From contig JBFMAF010000010.1 of NCBI GenBank assembly GCA_040755995.1, positions 320,001 to 384,000 of the forward strand: a stretch of DNA of 64,000 nt. The letters run 5' to 3'. The stretch is from Acidobacteriota bacterium. GTDB taxonomy: Bacteria > Acidobacteriota > CAIWXX01. Positions 26,651-36,634 of this stretch are shown one piece after another. The translations under genes and the position numbers were made by a program. Numbering within the stretch: position 1 is the stretch's first letter; each line of letters opens with the position of its first letter. The notes beneath the pieces were generated by a model. That model did no database searches. It was not told the DNA's origin and saw only the letters and a list, made by a program, of their open reading frames with translations.

Positions 26651-27689
26651 CGATGCTGGTGCGAGCCATCGCGTATGTGACAATCCGCTCGATGAGCTGC
26701 GTGTAGCTCATGCCAGCCACCTTCGCCGATCGCGCCAGGCCGGCCTTCGGAGAGATGTCCGGATTCGGATTGACCTCGATGACATACGGTGTGCCGTCCG
26801 TTGACAGCCGCATGTCCACGCGCCCGTAGTCGCGCACGCCGAGTGCCCGGTACGCAGTCACCGCGACCTTGCGAATTCGATCCGCTGTCTCCAGAGGCAG
26901 GTTGGCGGGGCAGATCGGCACGGTTCCCTGGTAGTAGTCGCTGTTCACCTTCCACTTCGCCTCGTACGCAACGATCCTGGGCAATCGCGGATTGAGCGAG
27001 CTGAAATCGATCTCGGAGATGGGCAGCACCTCCGGCTCGGTCTCCCCGAGTATCGCAACGTTGAACTCCCGCCCGTCCACATACTCTTCGACCAGCGCCG
27101 GCTGAGCGTACGTCCGCACGATGTGATCCACCTGCGCCCGCAGCTGCGTGAGATCGTGAACCACCGAGTCCTTGCTGATGCCGAGACTGCCGTCTTCGCG
27201 GCTGGGCTTCACGATCATCGGAAACGGCACGCCGCGCGGCCTGTCTTTCGGAATCGCCGGCAGCACGGCGAACTTCGGATAAGGCACGCGGTGGTACAGG
27301 AGTATCTCTCGCGCACGCCCCTTGTGCAACGCCAGGCCGATCGTGATCGGCGGCGAGCCCGTATAGGGAATGCGAAGCACTTCCAGCGCCGCAGGCAGGC
27401 ACATCTCCAGCGTGCTGTCACCTTGCAGCGATTCGCACAGATTGAAGATGAACAGCAGCTTGCGTTTGGTGAGCTGCGCCAGCAACGACTGCAGGTCGTC
27501 CCAGACCTCCACTACCATCGGATGATAGCCCAGCTCCACCAGGCACTCGCGGATCGCGTCCACTTCGTCACGTACCGCGATCTCGCTCAACAGCTCGCGA
27601 TCCTCGCCCGTGAGCTGATCCGTCAGAATCTTGTTCGCAACGATCGCGCAGTCGGGGGCCTTCAGGGGACGATACCGTAGCGTTCGCAT
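26619..27689 (-). CDS. Ddl-like ATP-grasp ligase (second paralog)
   Basis: FNLCESL, PYTGS, MIVKPSREDGSLGI, VEEYVDGREFNV, YEAKW, RDYGRVDMRL, EVNPNPD; ATG 27689 after GGAGG. Confidence 0.9.
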   Translation of the reverse strand: MRTLRYRPLKAPDCAIVANKILTDQLTGEDRELLSEIAVRDEVDAIRECLVELGYHPMVVEVWDDLQSLLAQLTKRKLLFIFNLCESLQGDSTLEMCLPAALEVLRIPYTGSPPITIGLALHKGRAREILLYHRVPYPKFAVLPAIPKDRPRGVPFPMIVKPSREDGSLGISKDSVVHDLTQLRAQVDHIVRTYAQPALVEEYVDGREFNVAILGETEPEVLPISEIDFSSLNPRLPRIVAYEAKWKVNSDYYQGTVPICPANLPLETADRIRKVAVTAYRALGVRDYGRVDMRLSTDGTPYVIEVNPNPDISPKAGLARSAKVAGMSYTQLIERIVTYAMARTSIDEYQEAAAVG

Positions 27690-28693
27690 GCGGCCTCCAG
27701 GACCCGATTGATCATCGTGTCGTAGTCGATGCCGGCCGCTCTGGCCGCCTTCGGAAAACACGAGTTGCATTCGGGTCGGGGAAGTATCCCGGGCAGCGGA
27801 TTCAGCTCGAGGATGTACGGATTGCCTTCGCCATCCAGACGCACGTCAACGCGACACCAGTCGCGGCAGCGGAGCACACGATAGGCTCTCACGCAGATGG
27901 CTTCGATCTTTGCCCTGGTCATCGCATCGAGCTGTGCCGGGCATTCAAAAATGTCCAGTGGATCGTCGTCTCGGTCCCATACCCACTTGGCTTCGTACGA
28001 ATAGATCGGCGTCGCTCCGGCGGGCAGGACGTTCAGCTTGATCTCGACGATCGGCAGCACCGCGATCCTGTCGCCGTTTCCTATCAGCGCGACCGTGAAC
28101 TCGCGCCCGGACAGAAACCGTTCGACAAGCGCAGGCTGGTTGTACGTGTCCAGAACCCACTGCACCTTCGCCTTCAGCTCCTTCGAACACCTCACGACCG
28201 AGTCGTTGAAGATACCCTTCGACGAACCCTCGAACAGAGGCTTCACGATCATCGGGTAACGAAGGCCGTTCCCGTTGCCGTTCACGTAGCTGAAGACCTT
28301 GAATCCGGGCGTGGGTACCCCGTTGAATGCCAGAATCTCCTTGGCCCGTCCCTTGTCGAGGCAGATAGCAAGTGTGAGCGGGTCCGATCCTGTATACGGG
28401 ATCTGGAGCATCTCGAGAATGGCGGGGATCTGTGCTTCGCGGCTGGCGCCGAAGGCTCCTTCGGCGATGTTGAATACGATCTCGGGTCTGACGGTGGCGA
28501 GTCTGTCGTAGGCGCGGGTATCGGCCTCGATCAGGACGACATCGTGTCTCCTCGCAAGGGCAGCTCGTACGGCCTCAATGGTCTCCGGTTCGTCCCATTC
28601 GGCGTACACATCGCTGCCGATCGTACTTGGAGGACGCTCATCTCCGTCTTCCGAGCAATCCTTCTTGACGTTGTAGGTGAGTCCGACTCGCAT
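27662..28693 (-). CDS. Ddl-like ATP-grasp ligase (first paralog)
   Basis: FNIAEG, PYTGSDP, IVKPLFEGSSKGI, VERFLSGREFTV, YSYEAKW, RDWCRVDVRLD, ELNPLPG. Confidence 0.92.
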   Translation of the reverse strand: MRVGLTYNVKKDCSEDGDERPPSTIGSDVYAEWDEPETIEAVRAALARRHDVVLIEADTRAYDRLATVRPEIVFNIAEGAFGASREAQIPAILEMLQIPYTGSDPLTLAICLDKGRAKEILAFNGVPTPGFKVFSYVNGNGNGLRYPMIVKPLFEGSSKGIFNDSVVRCSKELKAKVQWVLDTYNQPALVERFLSGREFTVALIGNGDRIAVLPIVEIKLNVLPAGATPIYSYEAKWVWDRDDDPLDIFECPAQLDAMTRAKIEAICVRAYRVLRCRDWCRVDVRLDGEGNPYILELNPLPGILPRPECNSCFPKAARAAGIDYDTMINRVLEAACERYGIVP

Positions 28694-28746
28694 AAGCCGT
28701 GCTGTCTACGCTCCTTCCTCTCAAAGTTGTCTCCGTTCTCACTTGA

Positions 28747-28775
28747 AATATAGATATGTGCCAACAGTTTGTCAA
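28747..28775 (-). promoter_or_regulatory. Near-consensus sigma70 promoter for the ATP-grasp/GNAT operon
   Basis: Minus strand TTGACA-17 bp-TATATT in an AT-rich patch. Confidence 0.8.
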
Positions 28776-28802
28776 CAAAAAAGTGAATCTCGCGAGGTAC
28801 CC

Positions 28803-28848
28803 CCCCAACATATAGGTTTTCCAGCGATCCGTCCCCAAGATGTAGTGG
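28803..28848. promoter_or_regulatory. Tandem NrdR-box-like palindromes
   Basis: cccCAAcATaTAGgtt (28803-28818) and cccCAAgATgTAGtgg (28833-28848) match the core CwAnATnTwG, 30 bp apart. Confidence 0.6.
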
Positions 28849-29014
28849 GGCAGGTTTTTGGCCCATTTTTGGGAATTTTTCGCCAAATCGAGCGGCGCCA
28901 CTCGATCGCACCGAATCCGCAAATCGTGCACAGGTCCAAAACCCGAGGTCTCGTCTTGGACGATGCGATCCAGACCGCGGCCGATCGCCGATCGACGAGC
29001 GCCACGCCCGTGAA

Positions 29015-29332
29015 TCACCGATCCTTTCCCGAGCTCTCCTCGACCCACAACAGATACGGCGTGTGACCACTGTCCACGCGCAGCTCGATGATCTCGGGAA
29101 CGTCGTAGGAGTGCAGCTGCCTGATGCGCTCGATCGCGCCGGCGGCGTTGGCAGTTTTCACAAGCAGCAGCACCTCCGCCTCTCTGCAGATCTCACCCTT
29201 CCATCGATACGTCGATTGAATCGGCAGCGCCTGGCAACAGGCTGCCAGCTTCTCTTCAACCAGAGCCGTCGCGATCCGGTCGGCCTCCTGCTGCGATGAG
29301 GACGTCGTCATCAGGACCGAGACGTGATTCAT
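29015..29332 (-). CDS. cutA: Divalent-cation tolerance protein CutA
   Basis: LVEEKLAAC, STYRWKG, LHSYDVPEII, YLLWV. Confidence 0.95.
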   Translation of the reverse strand: MNHVSVLMTTSSSQQEADRIATALVEEKLAACCQALPIQSTYRWKGEICREAEVLLLVKTANAAGAIERIRQLHSYDVPEIIELRVDSGHTPYLLWVEESSGKDR

Positions 29333-29354
29333 CGGATGCTAAGGTGCCCCGGGC

Positions 29355-30188
29355 TCACTTCGACTCGGCCATCCACGGCGCGTGCGTGGCGTCTGGCCAT
29401 CCCCACCGCTTCGCCCACGCAGCCTGGCGCGCGTCATACTCGGTCCGCCCGCTCTCGATGAGCTGGCGATAGCAGAACAGAAGGCTGTTGTCGTTGTCGC
29501 GGAGAAGCTCCTCGGTGGGCAGACCCAACTCGCGCGCCAGCACCGCCTGCCCCCAGCCCTCCGCGAAGTCCTCCAGATGCACCTCGACCTGCGAGAGCAG
29601 ATACCGCAGCGTGCCAGAGCCCGGGGTCTCCTCGACCAGGTCGCGCACTTTCTTCTCGAGTCCGGCGAGCTGCTTTGCCCGCGCCTTCGGGTCTTCACTG
29701 GAGGCGTCCTCGGCAACCAGGAGGTTGACCCAGCGAGCCGCGGCGGGCTCGAACATCTCCGGGCACTCCTTCTTCGCCGTCTTCATCGCCGTCTCGCAGA
29801 GCATCGCCGCGTCGTCCGGCATCTCCATGGCCTCGTACACCGATGCCACTCCCAGCAGCTGCGCCACCCTCTCCCAGCCATCGCCGAGGTCCGCCCCGGC
29901 TGCTCGCGCGGACGCGAAGCTCCTCCGCGCCTCTTCGAACTCCCCCAACTCGATCTCGGCCTGGCCCTTTATCAACCACGCCTGGGCGTCGCCCGCGTGC
30001 GAACCGGCGATCTTGGCCGCCTCGTCGCGTGCGCGAGAGAACTCCGCAGCCGCTCCGCCCCGGTCCATCCTGTCCGCCAGCTCGACGGCCCGCACGTAGT
30101 GTGTCTTGGCCGTCTCCAGTCGATGCGTCGCGCACCCGGCCAGCCCGAGCACGACCAGAGCGAGAACTACCAGCGGCCTCCGGCTCAC
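29355..30188 (-). CDS. TPR-like alpha-helical lipoprotein
   Basis: Lipobox LAGC; AWLIKGQAEIELGEFEEARRSF TPR-like helix pair. Confidence 0.8.
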   Translation of the reverse strand: MSRRPLVVLALVVLGLAGCATHRLETAKTHYVRAVELADRMDRGGAAAEFSRARDEAAKIAGSHAGDAQAWLIKGQAEIELGEFEEARRSFASARAAGADLGDGWERVAQLLGVASVYEAMEMPDDAAMLCETAMKTAKKECPEMFEPAAARWVNLLVAEDASSEDPKARAKQLAGLEKKVRDLVEETPGSGTLRYLLSQVEVHLEDFAEGWGQAVLARELGLPTEELLRDNDNSLLFCYRQLIESGRTEYDARQAAWAKRWGWPDATHAPWMAESK

Positions 30189-30754
30189 TTCTTCCTTTCC
30201 TTCAAATACTGGTTGACGCGCTTGATGATGAGATCCTGGATCTCGCGTTCCCGGGCCAGGTTGAGCGCCAGACCCGCGCTGGCGCGCACGAAAGCATCAA
30301 GCGCTCGCCAGAACGCGGGGTCTGATCGTGGAGCCGGGATCTCGGCCAGCGCCTCATGCACGCGCGTGTCGAATGAGTCGACGACTATCTGGAGATCGCC
30401 CGAATCGACCTCGTCGCGGAACAGCGCCAGCAGGAACGGATCGCGCAGGCCCAGCACGGGGTAGAGACTCGAGAAAGCACGGCGTCGCCCGCGCGCGTCC
30501 GATCCCGCCAGGACGGACGGGGCGTGCTGCGCGAGGAAGTCGTCTACGAATCGCTTCGACTTGTTGATCACGATCCGCGATCGCGGTCCGACCGGTATCG
30601 CCCGCACCGCGTTCCGGTAAGCCTCGCCGCGCTTCACGAAATAGAATATCGAAGAGTAGATGACGGGCAGGAACGGGAAAGCCTTCAGGTTGACGATCTT
30701 CCCAAGAACGCCGAGCACCTCGTCCACCAGCGCCTGGAACTTCCTGCTGTCCAT
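30185..30754 (-). CDS. Hypothetical protein
   Basis: Protein-like composition; translationally coupled (4-bp overlap) to the lipoprotein gene. Confidence 0.7.
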   Translation of the reverse strand: MDSRKFQALVDEVLGVLGKIVNLKAFPFLPVIYSSIFYFVKRGEAYRNAVRAIPVGPRSRIVINKSKRFVDDFLAQHAPSVLAGSDARGRRRAFSSLYPVLGLRDPFLLALFRDEVDSGDLQIVVDSFDTRVHEALAEIPAPRSDPAFWRALDAFVRASAGLALNLAREREIQDLIIKRVNQYLKERKK

Positions 30755-30799
30755 TGGTATGCGTTGCAGTATACATATTCCCGCGCGGCGGTCAAGCCG

Positions 30800-30932
30800 C
30801 GGGCGCGCGTGAGCGCGTGAACGATGCGTCGCACAAGGATCCTTTCACGGCCACGCCGACGTCCACGTTCACGAATGAAGGGAGGATGCCGCCGGAGCAG
30901 GGCGAGGGCGAGATGCTTACGCTTACGCTTGA
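30800..30932. repeat. Degenerate 6-bp repeat tracts (GTGAGC/GTGAAC..CACGTT; GGCGAG; CTTACG)
   Basis: gcgcgtgagcgcgtgaac .. cacggccacgccgacgtccacgttcacg .. gggcgagggcgag .. gcttacgcttacgctt. Confidence 0.55.
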
Positions 30933-31012
30933 CATCCCCGGAGGCCGATGAGAGGATCGGGCAGAATAGATCGCGGCGGGCTTCAGCGGCCGCACGCGAC
31001 GAAGGAGGGTTC

Positions 31013-32248
31013 ATGTGCACAGTCGACTGTCGGACGGCGCTGTTCTCGGGGTTGCTGACCTGCCTGGTGATTTCCACTCACCCGCTCGGACATGCTCAAG
31101 CGGTGGACTTCTCCTGGGCATCGGACCTGGGTTTTGCCAAAGGTCCATCCATGAAGGCGGCCCGCATGGGGCACTGGCAGGCGACCCTTCCCGACGGGCG
31201 CGTCGCGGCGTTCGGCGGTCACGGCAAAGGGTTCGTTGCACTCAAGACAGTCGATGTCTGGTCGCCGTCGACCAAGACGTTCTCTACAGCGACGATGCAG
31301 TACACGCACGACGGATCGGCCTTCGCGAAGCTGCAGGACGGACGCTACCTTCTGGCTGGGGGATCTGCCAACCTTGGAGTGCCTGCCTACGCGACCTCCG
31401 AAATATACAATCCCACAACCAAGACTTTCACCCTGACCGGCAACATGGTCAGGTTCCGCGCAGGCGCGGCTTCCGCTACTCTCACGAACGGCAAGGTCCT
31501 CATTGCTGGCGCCTGGTGGATCCACAATGACGCCCATACCTACGGTGAGCTCTACGACCCGATAACGGGAGCCTTCAAAGCGACAGGCCCGTTGAAGGTC
31601 CCTCGTGCCAACGCTGTGGCGATTCCGACGAAGGACGGCAAAGCCGTCGTGGCCGGAGGCATGGGCCCGCAGGCCGTTCCCGCGTATATCGAGAAGGTCG
31701 AGCAGTACAACCCAGCCACCAACAAGTTCAAGATATACAAGAACACGCTGATTGGCGGACAGACCGGCTGGTACATCAACCAGCAGATGTGCATGCGGGC
31801 GATCGATGATCAGAAAATGACCGACGGCCGGTACCTGTTGATCGCACACAGGACGGAGACGGGCGTGCTCGAGTTCATGCTGGTCACGTTCGATCCGGCG
31901 AAGAAGGTCTTCGCCGCGCTGCACACCAATCCGGAGCTGCCCGAGCTCGCCGGCGGAGGCTTCCCCTGGGCCCCGCTCCTCGACAACCGAGAGAACAAAG
32001 CGTACCTGCTTGGGACATCGGCGGTAGAAGGCAAGACGCAGAAGATGTCACTATACGCTGTCGATCTCGGCACCATGACATTGACCGAGGAGACCGGCCA
32101 GCTTGTGCCCAGCTACTACGTGGCTAGCTGCGCGCAGAGCGTGGTGGAGGACGGAAGGATCCTGGTGACCGGCGGCACGAAGGACGGCAGCAACTTCAAC
32201 CCCGTCGCCAATACGTTCTTTGCACAGCCCAGTAGTGCGAGGGAGTGA
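31013..32248 (+). CDS. Secreted Kelch-repeat beta-propeller protein
   Basis: AAGGAGG SD; signal peptide; LPDGRVAAFGG, LQDGRYLLAGG, EIYNPTT, ELYDPITG repeats. Confidence 0.85.
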   Translation: MCTVDCRTALFSGLLTCLVISTHPLGHAQAVDFSWASDLGFAKGPSMKAARMGHWQATLPDGRVAAFGGHGKGFVALKTVDVWSPSTKTFSTATMQYTHDGSAFAKLQDGRYLLAGGSANLGVPAYATSEIYNPTTKTFTLTGNMVRFRAGAASATLTNGKVLIAGAWWIHNDAHTYGELYDPITGAFKATGPLKVPRANAVAIPTKDGKAVVAGGMGPQAVPAYIEKVEQYNPATNKFKIYKNTLIGGQTGWYINQQMCMRAIDDQKMTDGRYLLIAHRTETGVLEFMLVTFDPAKKVFAALHTNPELPELAGGGFPWAPLLDNRENKAYLLGTSAVEGKTQKMSLYAVDLGTMTLTEETGQLVPSYYVASCAQSVVEDGRILVTGGTKDGSNFNPVANTFFAQPSSARE

Positions 32249-32485
32249 GGGCTCCCCACCGAGTGGGCACCGGGAAGGCCCCAGCAGGCACGCGCTGCAG
32301 GATCTCGCAGCAGTGCACGCCCATGACTCGTCCGCCTCCGCCGAGCTTGCCACCGGCCGGCACATCCCCACAATCGACGCAGCTGGCGTCGACCGAAGTG
32401 CGCGACCGTTGTCGCCGCGCTGTTGCGCAGCCGGTGCTTGATCCGGGCGTCGGGAAGTAGCAGAATGGAGCCCAAGGAGGGCGCA

Positions 32486-32950
32486 ATGGGCAGAATCATT
32501 TCCTGGCTGCTGGTCTCGGGGCTGGCCATCGGGGTCATGATCGCGTTCGTCGGTCCGGCGACGGCTCAGGGGGTCGATCACGGGAAGGTGTACACGAAGG
32601 CGGAGGTGGAGCAGATCATCAAGGTGGTCGAGGACCACGCCGACAAGTTCCGTAAGCTCGTGGACAAGGAGCTTGACAAGAGCATCCTTGACGGCACCAA
32701 GCGCGAAGACAGCATCAACGAACAGGTGAAGGACCTGGAGAAGGCGCTGGATGCGCTCAAAGCCAAGTTCGACAAGTCCGACACTTGGATGGAGACGCGA
32801 TCGGAGGTCGCCGACGTGCTGCGTGAGGCCGCGGACATCAACGGACTTTTCCGGCTTCGCACCTACGGCAAGGTGCGCGCCGGGTGGGAGATCCTCCGCG
32901 TCGAGATCAACAAGCTTGCCGGCATCTACAATCTGCCGCACCTCAAGTAG
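32486..32950 (+). CDS. Secreted alpha-helical hypothetical protein
   Basis: AAGGAGG SD, signal peptide (..FVGPATA), strong codon bias. Confidence 0.85.
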   Translation: MGRIISWLLVSGLAIGVMIAFVGPATAQGVDHGKVYTKAEVEQIIKVVEDHADKFRKLVDKELDKSILDGTKREDSINEQVKDLEKALDALKAKFDKSDTWMETRSEVADVLREAADINGLFRLRTYGKVRAGWEILRVEINKLAGIYNLPHLK

Positions 32951-32969
32951 GGGCGCGCAGCGTGCGGCC
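32947..32969 (+). repeat. GTAG-type REP-like palindrome overlapping a stop codon
   Basis: GTAG GGGCGCGCAGCGTGCGGCC (imperfect hairpin). Confidence 0.45.
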
Positions 32970-33018
32970 AGCCGGGGCGTGAGCCGCGAATCTCGCCCAA
33001 CTGCACAGACCTGATCGT

Positions 33019-34863
33019 ATGCTGACCTACGAGAACTTCGTTCAGCTCTTGCTTGATCGGTTCGAGGAAAGAGCCTCGCACCCGTGCCTCCGCTACCATC
33101 GCGACGGCGCGTGGCGGGACCTCACATACGGAGAAGTGGGCGAACGTGCGAGAAAGATTGCTGCGGGGCTGGTGGCAGCGGGGGTGCAGCCGGGCGATCG
33201 CGTCGGGATCATGTCCCAGAACCGCCCCGAGTGGGCGCTGGCGGACCTCGCTACGATCCTAGCAGGCGGCGTTGCAGTCACCGTCTATCCGGACCTTCCT
33301 GCCGAGGAAGCGGCTTACATCCTGGGGCACTCGGAAGCCAAGGTCGCGTTCATCGAGGATGCCAGGCAGTTGTCGAAGATTCGCGAACAGAGAGACCGCC
33401 TGCCGGCTCTGGCTCGCATGGTGGTTTTCGACGAGGCACCACCGGATGAGGACGTTGCATGCTCGCTCGCTGCGTTCGAGTCTTCAGCCGCGCGCGAGGG
33501 CGCCACCGATCGGATCGCCGAGTCCGCGCGGGCCCCGGGCTCGACCCCGCTCACCATAATCTACACGTCGGGCACGACCGGGCCTCCCAAGGGCGCGGTG
33601 CTTACACACGCCAATATCCTTCGCGTGATCGAATCGGTGCTGGCGGGGCTCGGCGAGGAGTACATCTTGCACCTGAACCTGAGCTTCCTGCCACTGGCTC
33701 ACGCGCTCGAGAGGATCGCCGGTCATTTCGCGCCGCTTCACATCGGAGGCACGATCGCGTACGCCCGCAGCCAGCAGACCATCGCCGAGGACTTCCTGGC
33801 GGTGGGACCCGAGTACGCGATCGCCGTTCCGCGTCTCTTCGAGAAGGTCTACGCGAAAATTCGCACCCAAGTGGACAGTGGACCGCGCCTGAAGCGAGTG
33901 ATTTTCGAGTGGGCCCGGAAGGTGGGGACGAGGCGCAGCGAGAGCCTGGAAGCGGGAAGGCCGGTGCCCGCCGCAGTCGCGCTGCGGTTCTGGCTGGCGG
34001 ACCGTCTCGTCTTCCGCAAGATCCGCCGTCGCCTCGGCGGGCGCCTCCGATACTTCGGCTCCGGCGGGGCGCCGCTCGCGGCCGAGCTCGCCAGGTTCTT
34101 CCACGCCGCGGGCATACTGGTCCTCGAAGGTTGGGGTGCAACCGAAACCTCGGCACCCGCCACCTGGAACTCGCCGCAGGCGTTTCGATTCGGCTCGGTC
34201 GGCAAGCCGCTCCCGCACACCGACGTCAGGATCGCGCCGGACGGAGAGCTGCTCGTGCGCGGGCCCGGCGTATTCGCAGGCTACTTCAAGGATCCGCAGA
34301 CAACCGCCGAGGCATTCGACGCCGACGGTTACTACCGCACAGGCGACATCGGCAGCGTGGACTCGGACGGCTACTTCTACATCACGGATCGCAAGAAGGA
34401 GCTTATAATCAACGCGACGGGCAAGAACATCCCCCCGCAGAAGATCGAGAACATGCTGCGCGGATGCGCCTTCGTCTCGAACGCGATCGTGCATTGCGAC
34501 AGGCGCCCGTACCTGGTCGCCCTCGTCACGCTCGACCGGATCGCGCTCGCCGCATCGCATCCCGAACTTGCCGAGGCGCCGATCGAGAGCCCCGCGCTGC
34601 GGGAGCTCGTCGAGCGGCAGGTGAACTCCGTGAACGAACGGCTCGCGCGGTTCGAACAGATCAAGAAGTTCCGCATTCTGCCGAAGGATTTCTCGCCGGA
34701 AACTGGCGAGCTCACGTTGACGATGAAGCTCAAACGCAGAGTGATCGAGGCCAGGTACAAAGACATCCTGGACTCCATGTACGCTACGGACGCGCACGAT
34801 GCGCCCACGTGGCCGGTCGCGCCGCGAGCGACGGGGAGACGCGGGGACGCGGAGGCCCGGTGA
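33019..34863 (+). CDS. Long-chain fatty acid-CoA ligase (AMP-dependent synthetase)
   Basis: IYTSGTTGPPKG, LSFLPLAHALER, GWGATET, YRTGDIG, ITDRKKELI, ELTLTMKLKR. Confidence 0.95.
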   Translation: MLTYENFVQLLLDRFEERASHPCLRYHRDGAWRDLTYGEVGERARKIAAGLVAAGVQPGDRVGIMSQNRPEWALADLATILAGGVAVTVYPDLPAEEAAYILGHSEAKVAFIEDARQLSKIREQRDRLPALARMVVFDEAPPDEDVACSLAAFESSAAREGATDRIAESARAPGSTPLTIIYTSGTTGPPKGAVLTHANILRVIESVLAGLGEEYILHLNLSFLPLAHALERIAGHFAPLHIGGTIAYARSQQTIAEDFLAVGPEYAIAVPRLFEKVYAKIRTQVDSGPRLKRVIFEWARKVGTRRSESLEAGRPVPAAVALRFWLADRLVFRKIRRRLGGRLRYFGSGGAPLAAELARFFHAAGILVLEGWGATETSAPATWNSPQAFRFGSVGKPLPHTDVRIAPDGELLVRGPGVFAGYFKDPQTTAEAFDADGYYRTGDIGSVDSDGYFYITDRKKELIINATGKNIPPQKIENMLRGCAFVSNAIVHCDRRPYLVALVTLDRIALAASHPELAEAPIESPALRELVERQVNSVNERLARFEQIKKFRILPKDFSPETGELTLTMKLKRRVIEARYKDILDSMYATDAHDAPTWPVAPRATGRRGDAEAR

Positions 34864-34937
34864 GAGGTTCGGACGACGACAGGTGGCACATGGTCGCGCG
34901 TGATGGGTTTCACGCTGCATAGACAGGGGGAACCGGC

Positions 34938-36521
34938 ATGAGATCGATCTATTTCACCGGGGAGCACGACGCATTCCGGCGGGCAGTGCGAAAGTTCGTC
35001 ACGGAGGAGGTGGCGCCGCACGCTGAGGAGTGGGAGCGGAACCGCCGGATACCTCGGGGCATCTTCCCACGCCTCGGCGAGCTCGGGTTTCTGGGTATTC
35101 TGTTCCCCGAGGAGTATGGCGGGGCGGGCGCGGACGTATTCTATGCGATCGCGTTCCTGGAGGAGCTGCCTCGGTCGCTCACGGGCGGCTTCTGCGCCTC
35201 TGTCTCGGTCCAGCAGTTCATGGCGACACAGCACATCTACCGGTCGGGCAGCGAGGAGCTGAAACGGCGATACCTCGTCCCCTCAATCGCCGGCAGGTTC
35301 GTGGGCGCGTTGGCGATCACGGAGCCCGATACGGGCTCGGACGTGGCCGCAATACGCACGACGGCCCTGCTCCGAGACGGCGAGTATGTCGTCAACGGTT
35401 CGAAGACGTTCATCACGAACGGTGCCGAGGGCGATTTCTACACGACCGCCGTCCGCACGGGACGGGCGGAGGACGGAGCCGCCGGCATCAGCCTTCTCGT
35501 GATCGACGTCGGCGCCCCGGGCGTCAAGGTCGCGCGGCGGCTCGACAAGATCGGATGGCACTCGTCCGATACCGCCGAGCTGGTGTTCGAGGACGCGCGG
35601 GTTCCCGCGGGGAACCTCGTCGGCGCCGAGAACACCGGCTTCTACCAGATCATGGAAAGCTTCCCGCTCGAACGGCTCTCCAGCGCTGCAATCGCCGTGG
35701 GCAGCGGCCTGGTCTGTATCGAAAAGACACTCGAATACATGGCCGCGCGCCACGCCTTCGGGAAGCCGCTGAATCGCTTCCAGGCGCTGCGGCATCGATT
35801 GGCCGATCTCGCGGCCGAGCTCGAAGCCGCCCGCCAGCTCACCTACCACGCGGCGTGGCTGTACGAGCACGGCCAGCCCGCCGTCATGGAGTCCTCGATG
35901 GCGAAGCTCCTGGCCACGGAGTTGGGCAAGAAGATCGCCGACGAATGCCTTCAGCTCCACGGCGGGTACGGGTACATGGAGGAGTACATGGTGGCGAGGT
36001 TCTATCGGGATGCGCGAGCGGCGACGATCGCCGCCGGCACATCCGAGATCATGCGAGAGATCATCTCGCGGTTGATGATCGAAGGTGGTTCTCCGCTGGC
36101 CGAGACGGCGCGACAGGCGCCGCGGGCGGTGACGGAGCCGCCTAGACGCGCTGAGCCCGATATCGCACGCTCCGAGTGTACAGCCGAGTCCCCGCGCACG
36201 GTCGCCGACTTCATACGCGCCATGCCTCAGAGATTTCGTCCTGAGAAGGCCGAGGGATGGCGGACACTGTTCCACTACAAGATCTCTGGCAGTGCCAGTC
36301 CTGAGTGGACAGTGCAGATCGATGGATCGAGCTGCCATGTGACTGAGGGGCTGGCGGGCCAGCCCAACTGTGTCGTCGAGATGAGCGAATCCACCTACCT
36401 CGGCGTCGAGACCGGCGCCGTCAACGCTCAGGCCGCGTTCATGATGGGGGAGGTAAAGGTGAGCGATCTCGGCGAGATGATGCGGTTCATGAAGGTGTTC
36501 AGGCCGGTGGCTGCCAAGTGA
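34938..36521 (+). CDS. Acyl-CoA dehydrogenase with C-terminal SCP2 lipid-binding domain
   Basis: LAITEPDTGSD, NGSKTFITN, LQLHGGYGYMEEY, IAAGTSEIMR; C-terminal FRPEKAEG..NAQAAFMMGEVKVSDL SCP2 pattern. Confidence 0.92.
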   Translation: MRSIYFTGEHDAFRRAVRKFVTEEVAPHAEEWERNRRIPRGIFPRLGELGFLGILFPEEYGGAGADVFYAIAFLEELPRSLTGGFCASVSVQQFMATQHIYRSGSEELKRRYLVPSIAGRFVGALAITEPDTGSDVAAIRTTALLRDGEYVVNGSKTFITNGAEGDFYTTAVRTGRAEDGAAGISLLVIDVGAPGVKVARRLDKIGWHSSDTAELVFEDARVPAGNLVGAENTGFYQIMESFPLERLSSAAIAVGSGLVCIEKTLEYMAARHAFGKPLNRFQALRHRLADLAAELEAARQLTYHAAWLYEHGQPAVMESSMAKLLATELGKKIADECLQLHGGYGYMEEYMVARFYRDARAATIAAGTSEIMREIISRLMIEGGSPLAETARQAPRAVTEPPRRAEPDIARSECTAESPRTVADFIRAMPQRFRPEKAEGWRTLFHYKISGSASPEWTVQIDGSSCHVTEGLAGQPNCVVEMSESTYLGVETGAVNAQAAFMMGEVKVSDLGEMMRFMKVFRPVAAK

Positions 36522-36610
36522 AGTGGCGATTCGAACAGGGGGAGAGCGGGCCGGTATGAGCGGACGCGGAGACGGGGACACGCGGAGAACCGGGGGATTA
36601 GCGGGACGGT

Positions 36611-36634
36611 GTAAGGGCGACGCATGCGTCACCC
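36611..36634 (+). repeat. GTAG-type REP palindrome (GTAA variant) next to an 8-bp repeat tract (36560-36600)
   Basis: GTAA GGGCGACGCATGCGTCACCC. Confidence 0.6.

Noticed and set aside
26619..28693. Calling the ATP-grasp genes ddl or van resistance ligases
   Set aside because: The canonical N-terminal D-Ala-binding motif is missing, and there is no mur/dcw or vanH/vanX context.
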